Sequence record: KC012945.1
Direction: 5' to 3' (one strand)
DNA length: 32,000 nucleotides
Made by a program: the position numbers and the translations under genes. Numbering within the stretch: the first letter of the stretch is position 1; every line of letters starts with the position of its first letter. Of this stretch, positions 19,090 through 29,193 are shown in pieces. A model generated the notes under the pieces. That model searched no databases, had not been told where the DNA came from, and was given only the letters and a program-made list of their open reading frames with translations.

Positions 19090-19160
19090 TTTTATCGATG
19101 TAGAAGTCTGTGTATGCACTGGCAGCCTAATGAAGAAAAAGTTAACTTTGATAAATGTGG
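19082..19160 (+). repeat. copy B of the trnD-flank dispersed repeat (the copy attached to functional trnD)
   Basis: The core gcagcctaatgaagaaaaa (19122-19140) is identical to 30809-30827 and matches 18 of 18 aligned positions with one substitution at 4566-4583. The flanks are about 79 percent identical to copy C. Confidence 0.75.
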
Positions 19161-19225
19161 CCTTAAAAGTAGGTTTGCAACAGTTTTCAGTTAATAATAA
19201 AATAGTAATAACTGTATAACTGTTA

Positions 19226-19296
19226 GCGTGTATAGATTAATGGTAAATTATCTGCCTTCCAAGCAGAGGATATGAGTTCGATTCTCATTACTCGCA
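19226..19296 (+). tRNA. trnG: tRNA-Gly(UCC)
   Basis: 71 nt. Anticodon stem tctgc/gcaga, loop ctTCCaa, T-arm atgag/ttcgatt/ctcat. The acceptor has one U4-U69 mismatch. Confidence 0.8.
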
Positions 19297-19353
19297 TTAG
19301 TAAATTTTTTAAATATGTTTACGTGTTTTATAATAAAATGTCGTTAAATTTAA

Positions 19354-19427
19354 ACATTCTTAGCTCATTTGGATAGAGCAGTAGCCTTCTAAGCTAATGG
19401 TAACAGGTTCAATTCCTGTAGAATGTG
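19354..19427 (+). tRNA. trnR: tRNA-Arg(UCU)
   Basis: 74 nt. Acceptor acattct/agaatgt, D-arm gctc/gagc, anticodon loop ctTCTaa, T-arm acagg/ttcaatt/cctgt. Confidence 0.85.
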
Positions 19428-19469
19428 TAAAATTTACATAATTCTAATTATTAAAAAGTGTAAAACATT

Positions 19470-22056
<2,587 letters not shown>

Positions 22057-22087
22057 AAAAAAAAAAAAAAATTCTATCTAATTTTTC

Positions 22088-22169
22088 GAAGAAGTGACTG
22101 AGTGGTTAAAAGTGACAGACTGTAAATCTGTTGGTAAATCCTACATAGGTTCGAATCCTATCTTCTTCA
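22088..22169 (+). tRNA. trnY: tRNA-Tyr(GUA), long variable arm
   Basis: 82 nt. Acceptor gaagaag/cttcttc, anticodon stem acaga/tctgt, loop ctGTAaa. Confidence 0.88.
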
Positions 22170-22179
22170 AATTTTTTGA

Positions 22180-22497
22180 ATGCCTCAATTTGATAAAATT
22201 ACATTCTTCAATCAAATTTTTTGGTTTTTGTCAGCCTTTTTAAGCTTTTATTTTATTATTTTGAAAGGCCTTTTACCCGTGTTAGCTGCAAGTTTGAAAA
22301 CTCGAAAAAAAATTGTTAATTTTATTTCTGTTGCAGGTGGTGGTCTTACAGATGAAGCATTGTCAAAAAGAGCTTATTTTAAAAATGTACAAAATTTTTT
22401 AAAAACTTATAAAGTTCTTTTTTCTGCTTTGGCTACTAAAAAAAGTTTTCTTTCAGCATCATCAAAAACAAAAATTATTACTCAAAGCATTTTTTAA
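22180..22497 (+). CDS. atp8: ATP synthase F0 subunit 8 (ymf19/A6L)
   Basis: MPQFDKITFFNQIFWFLSAF is the canonical Atp8 N-terminus (MPQLD..TF..Q.FW), followed by one TM helix and a basic tail. Confidence 0.8.
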   Translation: MPQFDKITFFNQIFWFLSAFLSFYFIILKGLLPVLAASLKTRKKIVNFISVAGGGLTDEALSKRAYFKNVQNFLKTYKVLFSALATKKSFLSASSKTKIITQSIF

Positions 22498-22561
22498 ATT
22501 AAATCGTCTTTGATTTAAAACCTTTTTACTTTTACTCTTAACTTTTTAATTATTTTTTTAA

Positions 22562-22635
22562 GGGCTTATAGTTCAATTGGTTAGAACGTACCGCTCATAA
22601 CGGTAATGTTGTAGGTTCAATCCCTACTAAGCCCA
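22562..22635 (+). tRNA. tRNA with CAU anticodon, probably the lysidine-type tRNA-Ile (resembles bacterial Ile2) but Met cannot be excluded
   Basis: 74 nt. Acceptor gggctta/taagccc, anticodon stem taccg/cggta, loop ctCATaa. Overall it resembles the E. coli tRNA-Ile2 pattern from memory. Confidence 0.8.
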
Positions 22636-22668
22636 AATTAATTTAGATTTAGCAAATTTGAGCTTTCA

Positions 22669-22742
22669 AGCAGTGCAGAGCAGTTTGGTAGCTCGTCAGG
22701 CTCATGTCCTGAAGACCGTAGGTTCAAATCCTACCGCTGTTA
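22669..22742 (+). tRNA. trnM: tRNA-fMet(CAU), initiator-like
   Basis: 74 nt. cagagcagtttggtagctcgtcaggctcat..cctgaag..ggttcaaatcc is close to the bacterial initiator (GGAGCAGCCTGGTAGCTCGTCGGGCTCATAACCCGAAG..GGTTCAAATCC). Confidence 0.8.
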
Positions 22743-22747
22743 ATTTT

Positions 22748-22818
22748 GGCTGGATAACATAAAGGTAATGTCCAAGATTGCAAATCTTGTAATGGCGGTT
22801 CAAATCCGTCTCTAGCCT
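22748..22818 (+). tRNA. trnC: tRNA-Cys(GCA)
   Basis: 71 nt. Acceptor ggctgga/tctagcc, anticodon stem caaga/tcttg, loop ttGCAaa. Confidence 0.88.
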
Positions 22819-22854
22819 ATAATAAAAGATACGGTTTAAGGTCTCGTTTCAAAT

Positions 22855-22926
22855 GCGAAAGTAACTCAATGGTAGAGTGTAACCTTGCCAAGGTTAAAGC
22901 TGAGGGTTCAAATCCCTTCTTTCGCT
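22855..22926 (+). tRNA. trnG: tRNA-Gly(GCC)
   Basis: 72 nt. Acceptor gcgaaag/ctttcgc, anticodon stem taacc/ggtta, loop ttGCCaa. Confidence 0.88.
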
Positions 22927-22935
22927 ATTTCGCCT

Positions 22936-23020
22936 GGATGAATGACCGAGTGGTTGAAGGTGCTAGTCTTGAAAACTAGAGTATTTTATGATACCGGGGG
23001 TTCGAATCCCTCTTCATCCT
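22936..23020 (+). tRNA. trnS: tRNA-Ser(UGA), type II
   Basis: 85 nt. Acceptor ggatgaa/ttcatcc, anticodon stem ctagt/actag, loop ctTGAaa, long variable arm. Confidence 0.88.
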
Positions 23021-23046
23021 AAAACGTATTTTAAAAACTTTTTCCT

Positions 23047-23119
23047 GAAGAATTAACTCAATTGGTAGAGTGTCTCGCTTACAACGAGAAAGTTAGCGGT
23101 TCGAGCCCGTTATTCTTTA
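23047..23119 (+). tRNA. trnV: tRNA-Val(UAC)
   Basis: 73 nt. Acceptor gaagaat/attcttt, anticodon stem tctcg/cgaga, loop ctTACaa. Confidence 0.88.
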
Positions 23120-23148
23120 TTTAAAAAGTTGAACATATTTACTTTTAA

Positions 23149-23220
23149 GTTCCTTTCGTCTAGTGGTTAGGACATTGCCCTTTCACGGCAATAACACGGG
23201 TTCGAATCCCGTAAGGAATA
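23149..23220 (+). tRNA. trnE: tRNA-Glu(UUC)
   Basis: 72 nt. tcgtctagtggttaggac...ccctttcacggc is a typical tRNA-Glu pattern, with anticodon loop ctTTCac. Confidence 0.88.
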
Positions 23221-23237
23221 TAAAATTCCATATAAAT

Positions 23238-23309
23238 TCTTTAGTAGCTCAGTGGTAGAGCGGATGGCTGTTAACCATTAGGTCGTTGGTTCAATCCCAA
23301 CCTAAAGAG
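23238..23309 (+). tRNA. trnN: tRNA-Asn(GUU)
   Basis: 72 nt. Acceptor tctttag/ctaaaga, anticodon loop ctGTTaa. Confidence 0.88.
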
Positions 23310-23310
23310 A

Positions 23311-23383
23311 AGGGAGATAGTTCAATAGGTAGAATAATGGTCTCCAAAGCCAATGGTTGGGGGTTCAAGTCCCTCTCTTCCTG
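23311..23383 (+). tRNA. trnW: tRNA-Trp(CCA)
   Basis: 73 nt. Acceptor agggaga/tcttcct (one G-U), anticodon loop ctCCAaa. A CCA anticodon fits UGA not being read as Trp. Confidence 0.82.
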
Positions 23384-23403
23384 TATTTAATTATAGAATC
23401 TAA

Positions 23404-23477
23404 CGGAATGTGGCGCAGCCTGGTAGCGCGTCTGTTTTGGGAACAGAAAGTCGTGTGTTCGAATCCCACCATTCCGA
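23404..23477 (+). tRNA. trnP: tRNA-Pro(UGG)
   Basis: 74 nt. Acceptor cggaatg/cattccg, anticodon stem tctgt/acaga, loop ttTGGga. Confidence 0.88.
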
Positions 23478-23503
23478 AAATTTTAAGATTTCATTATCAA
23501 AAT

Positions 23504-23577
23504 GACAAGATAGTTCAGTTGGTTAGAGCGTCGGAATCATAATCCGAATGTCGGGGGTTCGAATCCCTCTCTCGTCA
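23504..23577 (+). tRNA. trnM: tRNA-Met(CAU), elongator-like (or Ile-lysidine)
   Basis: 74 nt. Anticodon stem tcgga/tccga, loop atCATaa. The acceptor gacaaga/tctcgtc has an A4-C69 mismatch. Confidence 0.8.
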
Positions 23578-23604
23578 ATTCACTAATTTTGAATAAATAA
23601 TTTT

Positions 23605-23691
23605 GGAAAGGTGGCTGAGTGGCCTAAAGCATTGGTTTGCTAAATCAACATACATTTACATGTATCATGGGTTCGAATCCCATCCTTTCCA
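23605..23691 (+). tRNA. trnS: tRNA-Ser(GCU), type II
   Basis: 87 nt. Acceptor ggaaagg/cctttcc, anticodon stem ttggt/atcaa, loop ttGCTaa, long variable arm. Confidence 0.88.
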
Positions 23692-23719
23692 ATAATACAC
23701 GTCAAATAAGTAATATTTT

Positions 23720-23792
23720 GTTTAGATAGCTCAGTTGGTAGAGCAAAGGACTGAAAATCCTTGGGTCAACGGTTCGAGTCCGTTTCTAGACA
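23720..23792 (+). tRNA. trnF: tRNA-Phe(GAA)
   Basis: 73 nt. Acceptor gtttaga/tctagac, anticodon stem aagga/tcctt, loop ctGAAaa. Confidence 0.88.
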
Positions 23793-24451
23793 TGATGACT
23801 TTAGAATACAAAAATATCGACTTTGATGGCCCGTTACTAACTCCATATTTTATACCAGTGCCTTTAAAATTACTATATAATAACGAAGCTTTTATAAAGT
23901 TCAAAAAAAAAAGAGAGGTAGAACTCGAACTAAGAGATATGCCCATATCTAAAACAGATCAAGAATTCAATTTGTTAAAACGATTAGAAAATCGTTTTAA
24001 TATGTATGGTATAACAGTTTTCAGTGAAGAGAAAATATACACTTATTTTTTAGATTCGTTTATAAATATTTCTGCACAAAAAAACTTTAGTGGTTATCGA
24101 AAATGCATTGATAGTATAGATTCTTATGTTTACATATATAATGTTCGACATTGCATCTTGAATAATAATAATAGTAAAAACATTAAAAGTACATTACTGT
24201 ATCTAACAAAAGGTGGGTCTAAACTTTCTTTTTTTGGTCAACGTGTAGTATTATTAAATAATAAAATCAGATCAGCAAAAAAAAAGACTTCATATCATAC
24301 ATGGATGATATCCAATTTAAAACACATTGGTATGTTAAATAATTATGATATTTACAAATGGAAGACCTCAGTATCAAAAACTTGTACTGAAAAACGTCGT
24401 AATTTTTCTTACAAAAAAAAATGTTTTTATATTATAAAAACGTTTCTTTAA
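23792..24451 (+). CDS. orf219, basic soluble protein of unknown function
   Basis: The track ORF 23735-24451 begins inside trnF. The first ATG after the tRNA body is at 23792 (MMTLEYKNIDF...). It has no TM segments, is K/N-rich, and I recognise no motif. Confidence 0.5.
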   Translation: MMTLEYKNIDFDGPLLTPYFIPVPLKLLYNNEAFIKFKKKREVELELRDMPISKTDQEFNLLKRLENRFNMYGITVFSEEKIYTYFLDSFINISAQKNFSGYRKCIDSIDSYVYIYNVRHCILNNNNSKNIKSTLLYLTKGGSKLSFFGQRVVLLNNKIRSAKKKTSYHTWMISNLKHIGMLNNYDIYKWKTSVSKTCTEKRRNFSYKKKCFYIIKTFL

Positions 24452-24475
24452 ATTCTTCGATCCTTTTAAAAAAAA

Positions 24476-24772
24476 ATGAAAAAAAATATTAAGAGCATGA
24501 AAAAAATTCAAATGTTGTTTTCAAAGTATGAAAAATCAAGAAAAGTACTAAAGGCAATAATAAATAATGATGCGTTATCGCATTTGTTACGTGAAAGAGC
24601 TCGCATTGAACTAGATCAATTACCTAAATCTGGATCAATTACTCGTCATAAAAATTTCTGTATTTTGACAGGACGTGGACGGTTTATATTTAGTGGTTAT
24701 AGACTATCTCGCTTGATGTTACAAAAGTTAAGTAAAGATGGTATGCTCATAGGAATCAGAAAATCTAGTTAG
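24476..24772 (+). CDS. rps14: ribosomal protein S14
   Basis: 98 aa. The C-terminus RHKNFCILTGRGRFIFSGYRLSRLMLQKLSKDGMLIGIRKSS is S14-like. Confidence 0.9.
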   Translation: MKKNIKSMKKIQMLFSKYEKSRKVLKAIINNDALSHLLRERARIELDQLPKSGSITRHKNFCILTGRGRFIFSGYRLSRLMLQKLSKDGMLIGIRKSS

Positions 24773-24864
24773 AGTATTGACTAAACTAGGATTGTATATA
24801 CACGAATCTCTACATTAGAATACAAACATTAATCTATGAAGATTATTTTTTTTTTCTTTACTGA

Positions 24865-25104
<240 letters not shown>

Positions 25105-25128
25105 GGCAAATTCCTTACTAGTTAATGG

Positions 25129-25157
25129 TAGAAATTTAAATTGGTTCTAAATTTCTA
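25129..25157. other. stem-loop with a 10-bp perfect stem, 25 nt downstream of atp9
   Basis: tagaaattta (25129-25138) pairs with taaatttcta (25148-25157), with a 9-nt loop. Confidence 0.5.
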
Positions 25158-25191
25158 TGAAATAGGTATAATCATTGCATTTGATTATTTA

Positions 25192-25230
25192 GGGAGATAT
25201 TTAAAGCTAGAAAAAGGGGTGGGTTTCTAG
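25192..25230 (+). repeat. G-rich spacer motif, copy 2, with its G-run in the loop of a 7-bp hairpin
   Basis: gggagatatttaaagctagaaaaaggggtgggtt is shared with 4612-4648. ctagaaa (25207-25213) pairs with tttctag (25224-25230). It ends 6 nt upstream of trnA. Confidence 0.55.
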
Positions 25231-25236
25231 CGTACA

Positions 25237-25308
25237 GGGGGTGTAACTCAATGGTAGAGTGTGTGCTTTGCACGTACAAAGTTGTCGGTTCGATTCCGAC
25301 CATCTCCA
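25237..25308 (+). tRNA. trnA: tRNA-Ala(UGC)
   Basis: 72 nt. The acceptor gggggtg/catctcc includes the G3-U70 alanine identity pair. Anticodon loop ttTGCac. Confidence 0.88.
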
Positions 25309-25319
25309 ATTACTCGTTT

Positions 25320-25676
25320 ATGGTCTACATTTTACGAACGCACTTAAAAAAAAAATATTTACTTCAAGCATTAAAAGATGTGTACGGTTTAGGAAAATCT
25401 TCATGTTTTCGCCTATGTCAAAGTTTAGGTTTTCAAAAACATTTTCTTTTGAAAGAAATTACTGATGAAGATATTTATTACATTGATCAATTGTTAGAGA
25501 ATTCTGAATTAATTGTTAAAAGCGATCTACAAAGGATACTTAACCAAAAAATTGATCAATTGGTCAATATGAAATCTATTCGAGGTATCCGTAATAGACA
25601 AGGTTTACCGGTCCGGGGTCAACGTACACATACAAATGCACGAACCTGTAAAAAGTTAAGAAGATTTAAGAAATAA
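25320..25676 (+). CDS. rps13: ribosomal protein S13
   Basis: The track ORF starts inside trnA. The ATG at 25320 gives 118 aa (MVYILRTHL.KKYLLQALKDVYGLGKSS..., IRGIRNRQGLPVRGQRTHTNART), which is S13-like. Confidence 0.88.
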   Translation: MVYILRTHLKKKYLLQALKDVYGLGKSSCFRLCQSLGFQKHFLLKEITDEDIYYIDQLLENSELIVKSDLQRILNQKIDQLVNMKSIRGIRNRQGLPVRGQRTHTNARTCKKLRRFKK

Positions 25677-25677
25677 C

Positions 25678-26109
25678 ATGTTATTAAAACCTAATAGAAC
25701 AAAATATACTAAATCTCAACGTGGACGTTTAAGTGGACCTGTATCCTCTTTTGTTCCAATTAATAATGGTAGATTTGCCTTAATCGCTCAAGAATCAAGA
25801 TTCTTGAGCGCTCATCAAATTGAATCTACTCGCCAAGTTATTAATCGCTATTTAAAACGAAAAGGTAAAATTTGGATTAAAGCGTTTCCAGATCTGCCTG
25901 TCACCTCTAAACCCACAGAAGTACGAATGGGAAAGGGAAAAGGAGTTGTTAAAGAGTGGGTTTGTCGTGTGAGGAAAGGTAAAGTTCTTTTTGAAGTTGA
26001 TGGTGTATCAGATCAACGCATACTGGATGCATTTCAAGCCGCAAAAAAGAAATTACCTTTTAAAACTCTTATATTCAAAAATTCTTGGAAATTACCACTT
26101 AAAATTTAA
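25678..26109 (+). CDS. rpl16: ribosomal protein L16
   Basis: MLLKPNRTKYTKSQRGRLSG..., PVTSKPTEVRMGKGKG. Confidence 0.93.
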   Translation: MLLKPNRTKYTKSQRGRLSGPVSSFVPINNGRFALIAQESRFLSAHQIESTRQVINRYLKRKGKIWIKAFPDLPVTSKPTEVRMGKGKGVVKEWVCRVRKGKVLFEVDGVSDQRILDAFQAAKKKLPFKTLIFKNSWKLPLKI

Positions 26110-26143
26110 AAAAAAAATATTTTGAGAAAACGAAAGGAAACAT

Positions 26144-26731
26144 ATGTTGTTTTTATTATTAAGCATTGTGCTGATTATTTCAGCAATTTTAGTTATTAGC
26201 GCACAAAATCCTGTGCACTCTGTATTCTTCTTAGTTTTAGTTTTTTTAACTTCAGCTTTTTCACTTTTTTTATTAGAAATTGAGTTTGTGTCGCTTTTAT
26301 TCGTATTAGTTTATGTGGGAGCTATTGCAGTTTTGTTTCTTTTCGTGGTTATGATGCTAGATATAAAAGTAACAAAACAAGAAAAAGACTTTATGATTTA
26401 TTTGCCTATGGGAAGCTTTTTAGGTTTAATTTTTTTTCTTGAAATTTTTTTAACTTTGCAAGAAAATTTTGTTCCTTTTCTACCTTTGAGTGGTCGTGAA
26501 CTTTATATAAATTGGTTAAATTGCATTGATAGTTTAACAAATATTAAAGTATTGGGTCAATTACTTTATACTTATTATTTTCCTTTTTTTTTGATCGCTG
26601 GTATTGTGTTACTAGTTGCGATGGTAGGAGCTATTGTTCTTACTCTTAATTTTACCCAAAAGGCAAAACATCAATTTGTATTTAGACAAATTTTAAGAGA
26701 AAAAAAAAATTCTATTTACTTAATTAAGTAA
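26144..26731 (+). CDS. nad6: NADH dehydrogenase subunit 6
   Basis: 195-aa hydrophobic ORF. The N-terminus ...VISAQNPVHSVFFLVLVFL and YVGAIAVLFLFVVMML are Nad6-like. Confidence 0.9.
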   Translation: MLFLLLSIVLIISAILVISAQNPVHSVFFLVLVFLTSAFSLFLLEIEFVSLLFVLVYVGAIAVLFLFVVMMLDIKVTKQEKDFMIYLPMGSFLGLIFFLEIFLTLQENFVPFLPLSGRELYINWLNCIDSLTNIKVLGQLLYTYYFPFFLIAGIVLLVAMVGAIVLTLNFTQKAKHQFVFRQILREKKNSIYLIK

Positions 26732-26769
26732 AATTTTAATTTTTTATGTTCAAATTTTTTAAAAATAGA

Positions 26770-26842
26770 AGGTGCATAGCTCAGTTGGTAGAGCACTGGA
26801 CTTTTAATCCATTGGTCTTGGGTTCAAATCCCAATACACCTA
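26770..26842 (+). tRNA. trnK: tRNA-Lys(UUU)
   Basis: 73 nt. D-arm gctc/gagc, anticodon loop ctTTTaa, T-arm ttggg/ttcaaat/cccaa. The acceptor aggtgca/tacacct has a C6-A67 mismatch. Confidence 0.82.
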
Positions 26843-26874
26843 TAATTTTTTAGACAACTATATTTTTTATTTGC

Positions 26875-27171
26875 ATGGAACATTACTTAATTCTAAGTAC
26901 TATATTATTTTTCATAGGTTTATTCGGAATTGTTTTAAATCGAAAAAATATTCTGATTATATTAATGTCAATTGAACTAATGCTTTTGGCAATTAATTTA
27001 AATTTTGTAATTTTTTCTAATTCAATTGACGACATGATCGGTCAAGTATTTGCTCTTTTAGTTCTAACGGTTGCAGCAGCGGAATCAGCAATAGGTCTGG
27101 CTATTTTAGTAATTTATTATCGTTTACGGGGCAATATATTGATTGAACAATCCCATTTGATGCGTGGCTAA
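26875..27171 (+). CDS. nad4L: NADH dehydrogenase subunit 4L
   Basis: 98 aa with three TM segments. [26 protein letters not shown] is the Nad4L signature. Confidence 0.95.
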   Translation: MEHYLILSTILFFIGLFGIVLNRKNILIILMSIELMLLAINLNFVIFSNSIDDMIGQVFALLVLTVAAAESAIGLAILVIYYRLRGNILIEQSHLMRG

Positions 27172-27237
27172 TTCTTTGTTTATAGAATGTCTTGCATTGA
27201 GAAAAAAAATAGTTTTGTTTGATAAATAACAATTTTA

Positions 27238-27615
27238 ATGCCTACCATTAATCAGTTACTTAAAACTCCACGTAAACCAAAAGCATTTAAAAGTAAAACA
27301 CCTGCTTTAGAAGGTTGCCCACAAAAAAAGGGTGTTTGTTTAAAAGTATATATTGTAACACCTAAAAAACCCAATTCAGCCTTGCGTAAAGTAGCAAGAA
27401 TACGCTTATCAAATAACAAGCGTGTAACAGCTTATATTCCCGGTGAAGGTCACAATTTACAACAATATTCAACGGTATTAATGAGAGGTGGACGTGTAAA
27501 AGATTTACCAGGTATCAAGTACCATTTAATAAGAGGTAAGTATGATTTTCAAGGCATAAAGAACCGAAGTGTCGCACGGTCAAAATATGGAACAAAAAAA
27601 GCTTCTAAAAGTTAA
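27238..27615 (+). CDS. rps12: ribosomal protein S12
   Basis: MPTINQLLK..., [39 protein letters not shown]. Confidence 0.97.
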   Translation: MPTINQLLKTPRKPKAFKSKTPALEGCPQKKGVCLKVYIVTPKKPNSALRKVARIRLSNNKRVTAYIPGEGHNLQQYSTVLMRGGRVKDLPGIKYHLIRGKYDFQGIKNRSVARSKYGTKKASKS

Positions 27616-27645
27616 ATACAATTAATTTCTTAATTTTAATATTCT

Positions 27646-29166
27646 ATGCTTCTATTAACCGGAGCCTTAACATCTAAACCTTATGCTTTTACGTCAAGAC
27701 CATGGGAATTGCGTTCTATTCAATCCATTGACACATTGGACGCAATAGGTAGCAATATTCGAATTGACTTTAAAGAATCTGAAGTTTTAAGAATACTACC
27801 ACGTAAAAACTTAAATATTAATGAAAATTGGATATCCGACAAAATACGTTTTTTTTATGATGGACTTAAACGTCAGAGATTAACAAATCCTTACGTAAAA
27901 ATAAATGGGGAGTTACGACCTGCAAAATGGAAAAGAACAATATCTAACCTGTCTTCATTATTAAAAGTTTATTCATTTGAATATGGCCCTTCAAAAGTAG
28001 GTTTTGTAGCAAGTTCTAGTATTGATCTCGAAACTTTATATGCTTTACGTAATTTCTCAAATAGTTATGGTTTCTCCTTTTTAGGTATCGATAATAACTT
28101 AAAGCTTAATATAGATAATCCATTTAATTATAGATTTCAAAACGATATTTCTGATTTTGAAAAAGCAGATTTCTGCCTTTTTATTGGTACTAATCCTAGG
28201 TTAGAAGCACCAACTTTTAATCTGCGGCTTAGAAAAATTTTCAAAAAAGGAAATACTTCTTTTGCTTGTGTTGGGAGTAATTTTTCTTCTACCTTTCCTT
28301 TTAATTTCTTAGGTTTATGCCCTAAAACTTTAATATCAATAACGGAGGGAAAACATCCTGTATGCAAACATTTAGCACAAGCCAAAGATCCCAAAATAAT
28401 TTTTGGGGCAAAATTATTAGAGCGTATTGATGGTTGCGTAATCCACGACCTCTTAAATAATTTAGCATCATTCTTTAAGGTTGTATTCAAGAAAGAGCTT
28501 AGTATAAATTTACTTCATAGTGAAGCAAATACCGTAGGAAGTTTTGAGTTAGGTATAAATCCTTCCATAAAATCAGACTTAAACAAGTGCAAGGTTTTGT
28601 ATACTGTAGGTATTGAAAAACCATATTTTTTTGATGATAACCTAAAAAATAACTCATGTGCTATTCTTGTTGTGCAATCTTCACACGGAGATAAAAATAC
28701 AAATATGGCTGATATTGTTTTACCTTCTTATACTTTTGTTGAAAAGACAGGTATTTACTACAATACCGAAGGTAGACCCCAAAAAACACAACGCGCTTTG
28801 ATTGGACCAAATTTGTCGCGTGAAGATTGGCAAATTTTTCGCGTCCTTTTGGAATCATTAAATAAAATTGCTATGTTTGAAACCAAAACTCAATTAATAA
28901 CTGAAATGGCTAAAATCCTTCCTTCTTCTTATTTTGCAAATTTGTGGTTTGATAAAGATTTTCATATGAAACAGCAAAGCTTGTTTAAAACTAGACCAAA
29001 AAATTCAGGAAAAATTTATAAAATGCCTTTCAAATTACTTGTTGAAGATTTTTATATGACTTCTAATTTATGCTATTTTTCAAAAGTAATGGCAAAGGCT
29101 TCTAACCTTTTAAGATCTTATAATAACAATTACAAGTTTTTATCTTGGTCTTCAATAAACAAATAA
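27646..29166 (+). CDS. nad11: NADH dehydrogenase 75-kDa subunit, C-terminal (molybdopterin-oxidoreductase-like) domain only
   Basis: The ORF starts at GALTSKPYAFTSRPWELRSIQSIDTLDAIGSNIRID...ENWISDKIRFFYDGLKRQRL. This aligns with the region immediately after the last Fe-S cluster motif of NDUFS1/NuoG. Upstream sequence back to the rps12 stop has stops in this frame. Confidence 0.88.
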   Translation: MLLLTGALTSKPYAFTSRPWELRSIQSIDTLDAIGSNIRIDFKESEVLRILPRKNLNINENWISDKIRFFYDGLKRQRLTNPYVKINGELRPAKWKRTISNLSSLLKVYSFEYGPSKVGFVASSSIDLETLYALRNFSNSYGFSFLGIDNNLKLNIDNPFNYRFQNDISDFEKADFCLFIGTNPRLEAPTFNLRLRKIFKKGNTSFACVGSNFSSTFPFNFLGLCPKTLISITEGKHPVCKHLAQAKDPKIIFGAKLLERIDGCVIHDLLNNLASFFKVVFKKELSINLLHSEANTVGSFELGINPSIKSDLNKCKVLYTVGIEKPYFFDDNLKNNSCAILVVQSSHGDKNTNMADIVLPSYTFVEKTGIYYNTEGRPQKTQRALIGPNLSREDWQIFRVLLESLNKIAMFETKTQLITEMAKILPSSYFANLWFDKDFHMKQQSLFKTRPKNSGKIYKMPFKLLVEDFYMTSNLCYFSKVMAKASNLLRSYNNNYKFLSWSSINK

Positions 29167-29193
29167 AATTTTTGTAAACAAAATAAACAAAAT

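Noticed and set aside
19031-19219. 62-aa ORF (GTG start) covering trnD and repeat copy B, with the analogous ORF 30723-30914 over copy C.
   Set aside because: These ORFs start inside tRNA or pseudo-tRNA sequence. The conserved repeat core is read in different frames in the two ORFs (SLMKKK versus QPNEEK), so the conservation is not at the protein level.
22058-22071. An A14 homopolymer immediately after the rnl 3' end.
   Set aside because: Homopolymer A/T runs are common in this AT-rich genome (for example the rps19 tail and several spacers), so there is no basis for assigning it a function.
23357-23542. 61-aa ORF in the tRNA cluster. Similar ORFs at 25259-25465 and 29667-29870, and the 5' extensions of 23735-24451 and 25251-25676, were also considered.
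   Set aside because: They are composed of, or begin within, well-folding tRNA genes (trnW/trnP/trnM, trnA, trnL, trnF). The real CDS starts were moved downstream of the tRNAs.
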